This document shows positions 50,700 through 51,087 of a stretch of DNA of 51,087 bases, one piece after another. Numbering within the stretch: position 1 is the first letter of the stretch; each line of letters begins with the position of its first letter. The stretch is from Paraspadella gotoi (lineage: Eukaryota > Animalia > Chaetognatha): positions 21,469,769-21,520,855 of the forward strand of contig CM119266.1 in NCBI GenBank assembly GCA_051294375.1. Reading direction: 5' to 3'. Position numbers and translations under genes: made by a program. The notes beneath the pieces are model-generated. The model made no database searches. It saw only the letters and a list, made by a program, of their open reading frames with translations, and was not told the origin of the DNA.

Positions 50700-51087
50700 T
50701 CTCTCTCGTTACTGACACCAAGGGTTTCTTTTTTCATCATCAGTCTCGCTCTTGTATTCTCTTTCCCGCCACGCCCCCTTGACACGTGACAACTGAATAA
50801 TTTCTGTAGAAACACGCGCAATCATTCAAGACCGTCCAGATGGGGTTACAGGATAACCGTTAAGGTAAGAGAGAACATAAATGCAAGATCTAATAGTCGT
50901 AGTTCAACTATTCCAAATTAAACCTGTGACATATGTAATTGTAAAGTAATTGTAAAGTAATTGTAAAGTAAAATATAAGGAAAACGGAAAACGTGTCTGG
51001 TAAGTTATATGATATAAAATTAAATGATCTTTACAATTAATTTTCAAAAGAGAAGCCAAAGTCACTATTTTCATGAGTTAAATATTC

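Overview
Eukaryotic genomic DNA, most likely from an invertebrate animal (CpG is not depleted; species not identifiable here), taken from a hybrid draft assembly. It is dominated by (AG/CT)n, (GAC/GTC)n, (GAT)n, (GAAA)n and other simple repeats, and nearly all listed ORFs are low-complexity artefacts. About 20 kb is redundant: a 5.6 kb tandem duplication (2623-8291 / 8292-13919), a ~11.5-12 kb duplication (19367-31354 / 33193-45390) with extra partial copies at 31380-33192, a 300 bp allelic duplicate around a 10-N gap, and a ~385 bp inverted duplicate. Six gaps of exactly 25 N and indel-rich copies point to long-read gap filling. Biological content I can support: (1) one well-bounded coding exon (24279-24417) encoding the N-terminal half of an immunoglobulin domain, plus weaker exon candidates including a likely terminal exon (46431-46530); (2) a DINE-1/HINE-like non-autonomous Helentron family, one copy intact and one split in two by a ~610 bp inversion; (3) a GGGC...GCCC TIR MITE family with a degenerate telomere-like CCCTAA core; (4) a 102 bp foldback hairpin; (5) several 31-32 bp minisatellites and motif-dense CpG-rich islands. 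I found no prokaryotic genes, CRISPR array, tRNA, rRNA or transposase, and no convincing new biological system. The most notable items are the Ig exon, the two small element families and the microhomology-bounded rearrangements.
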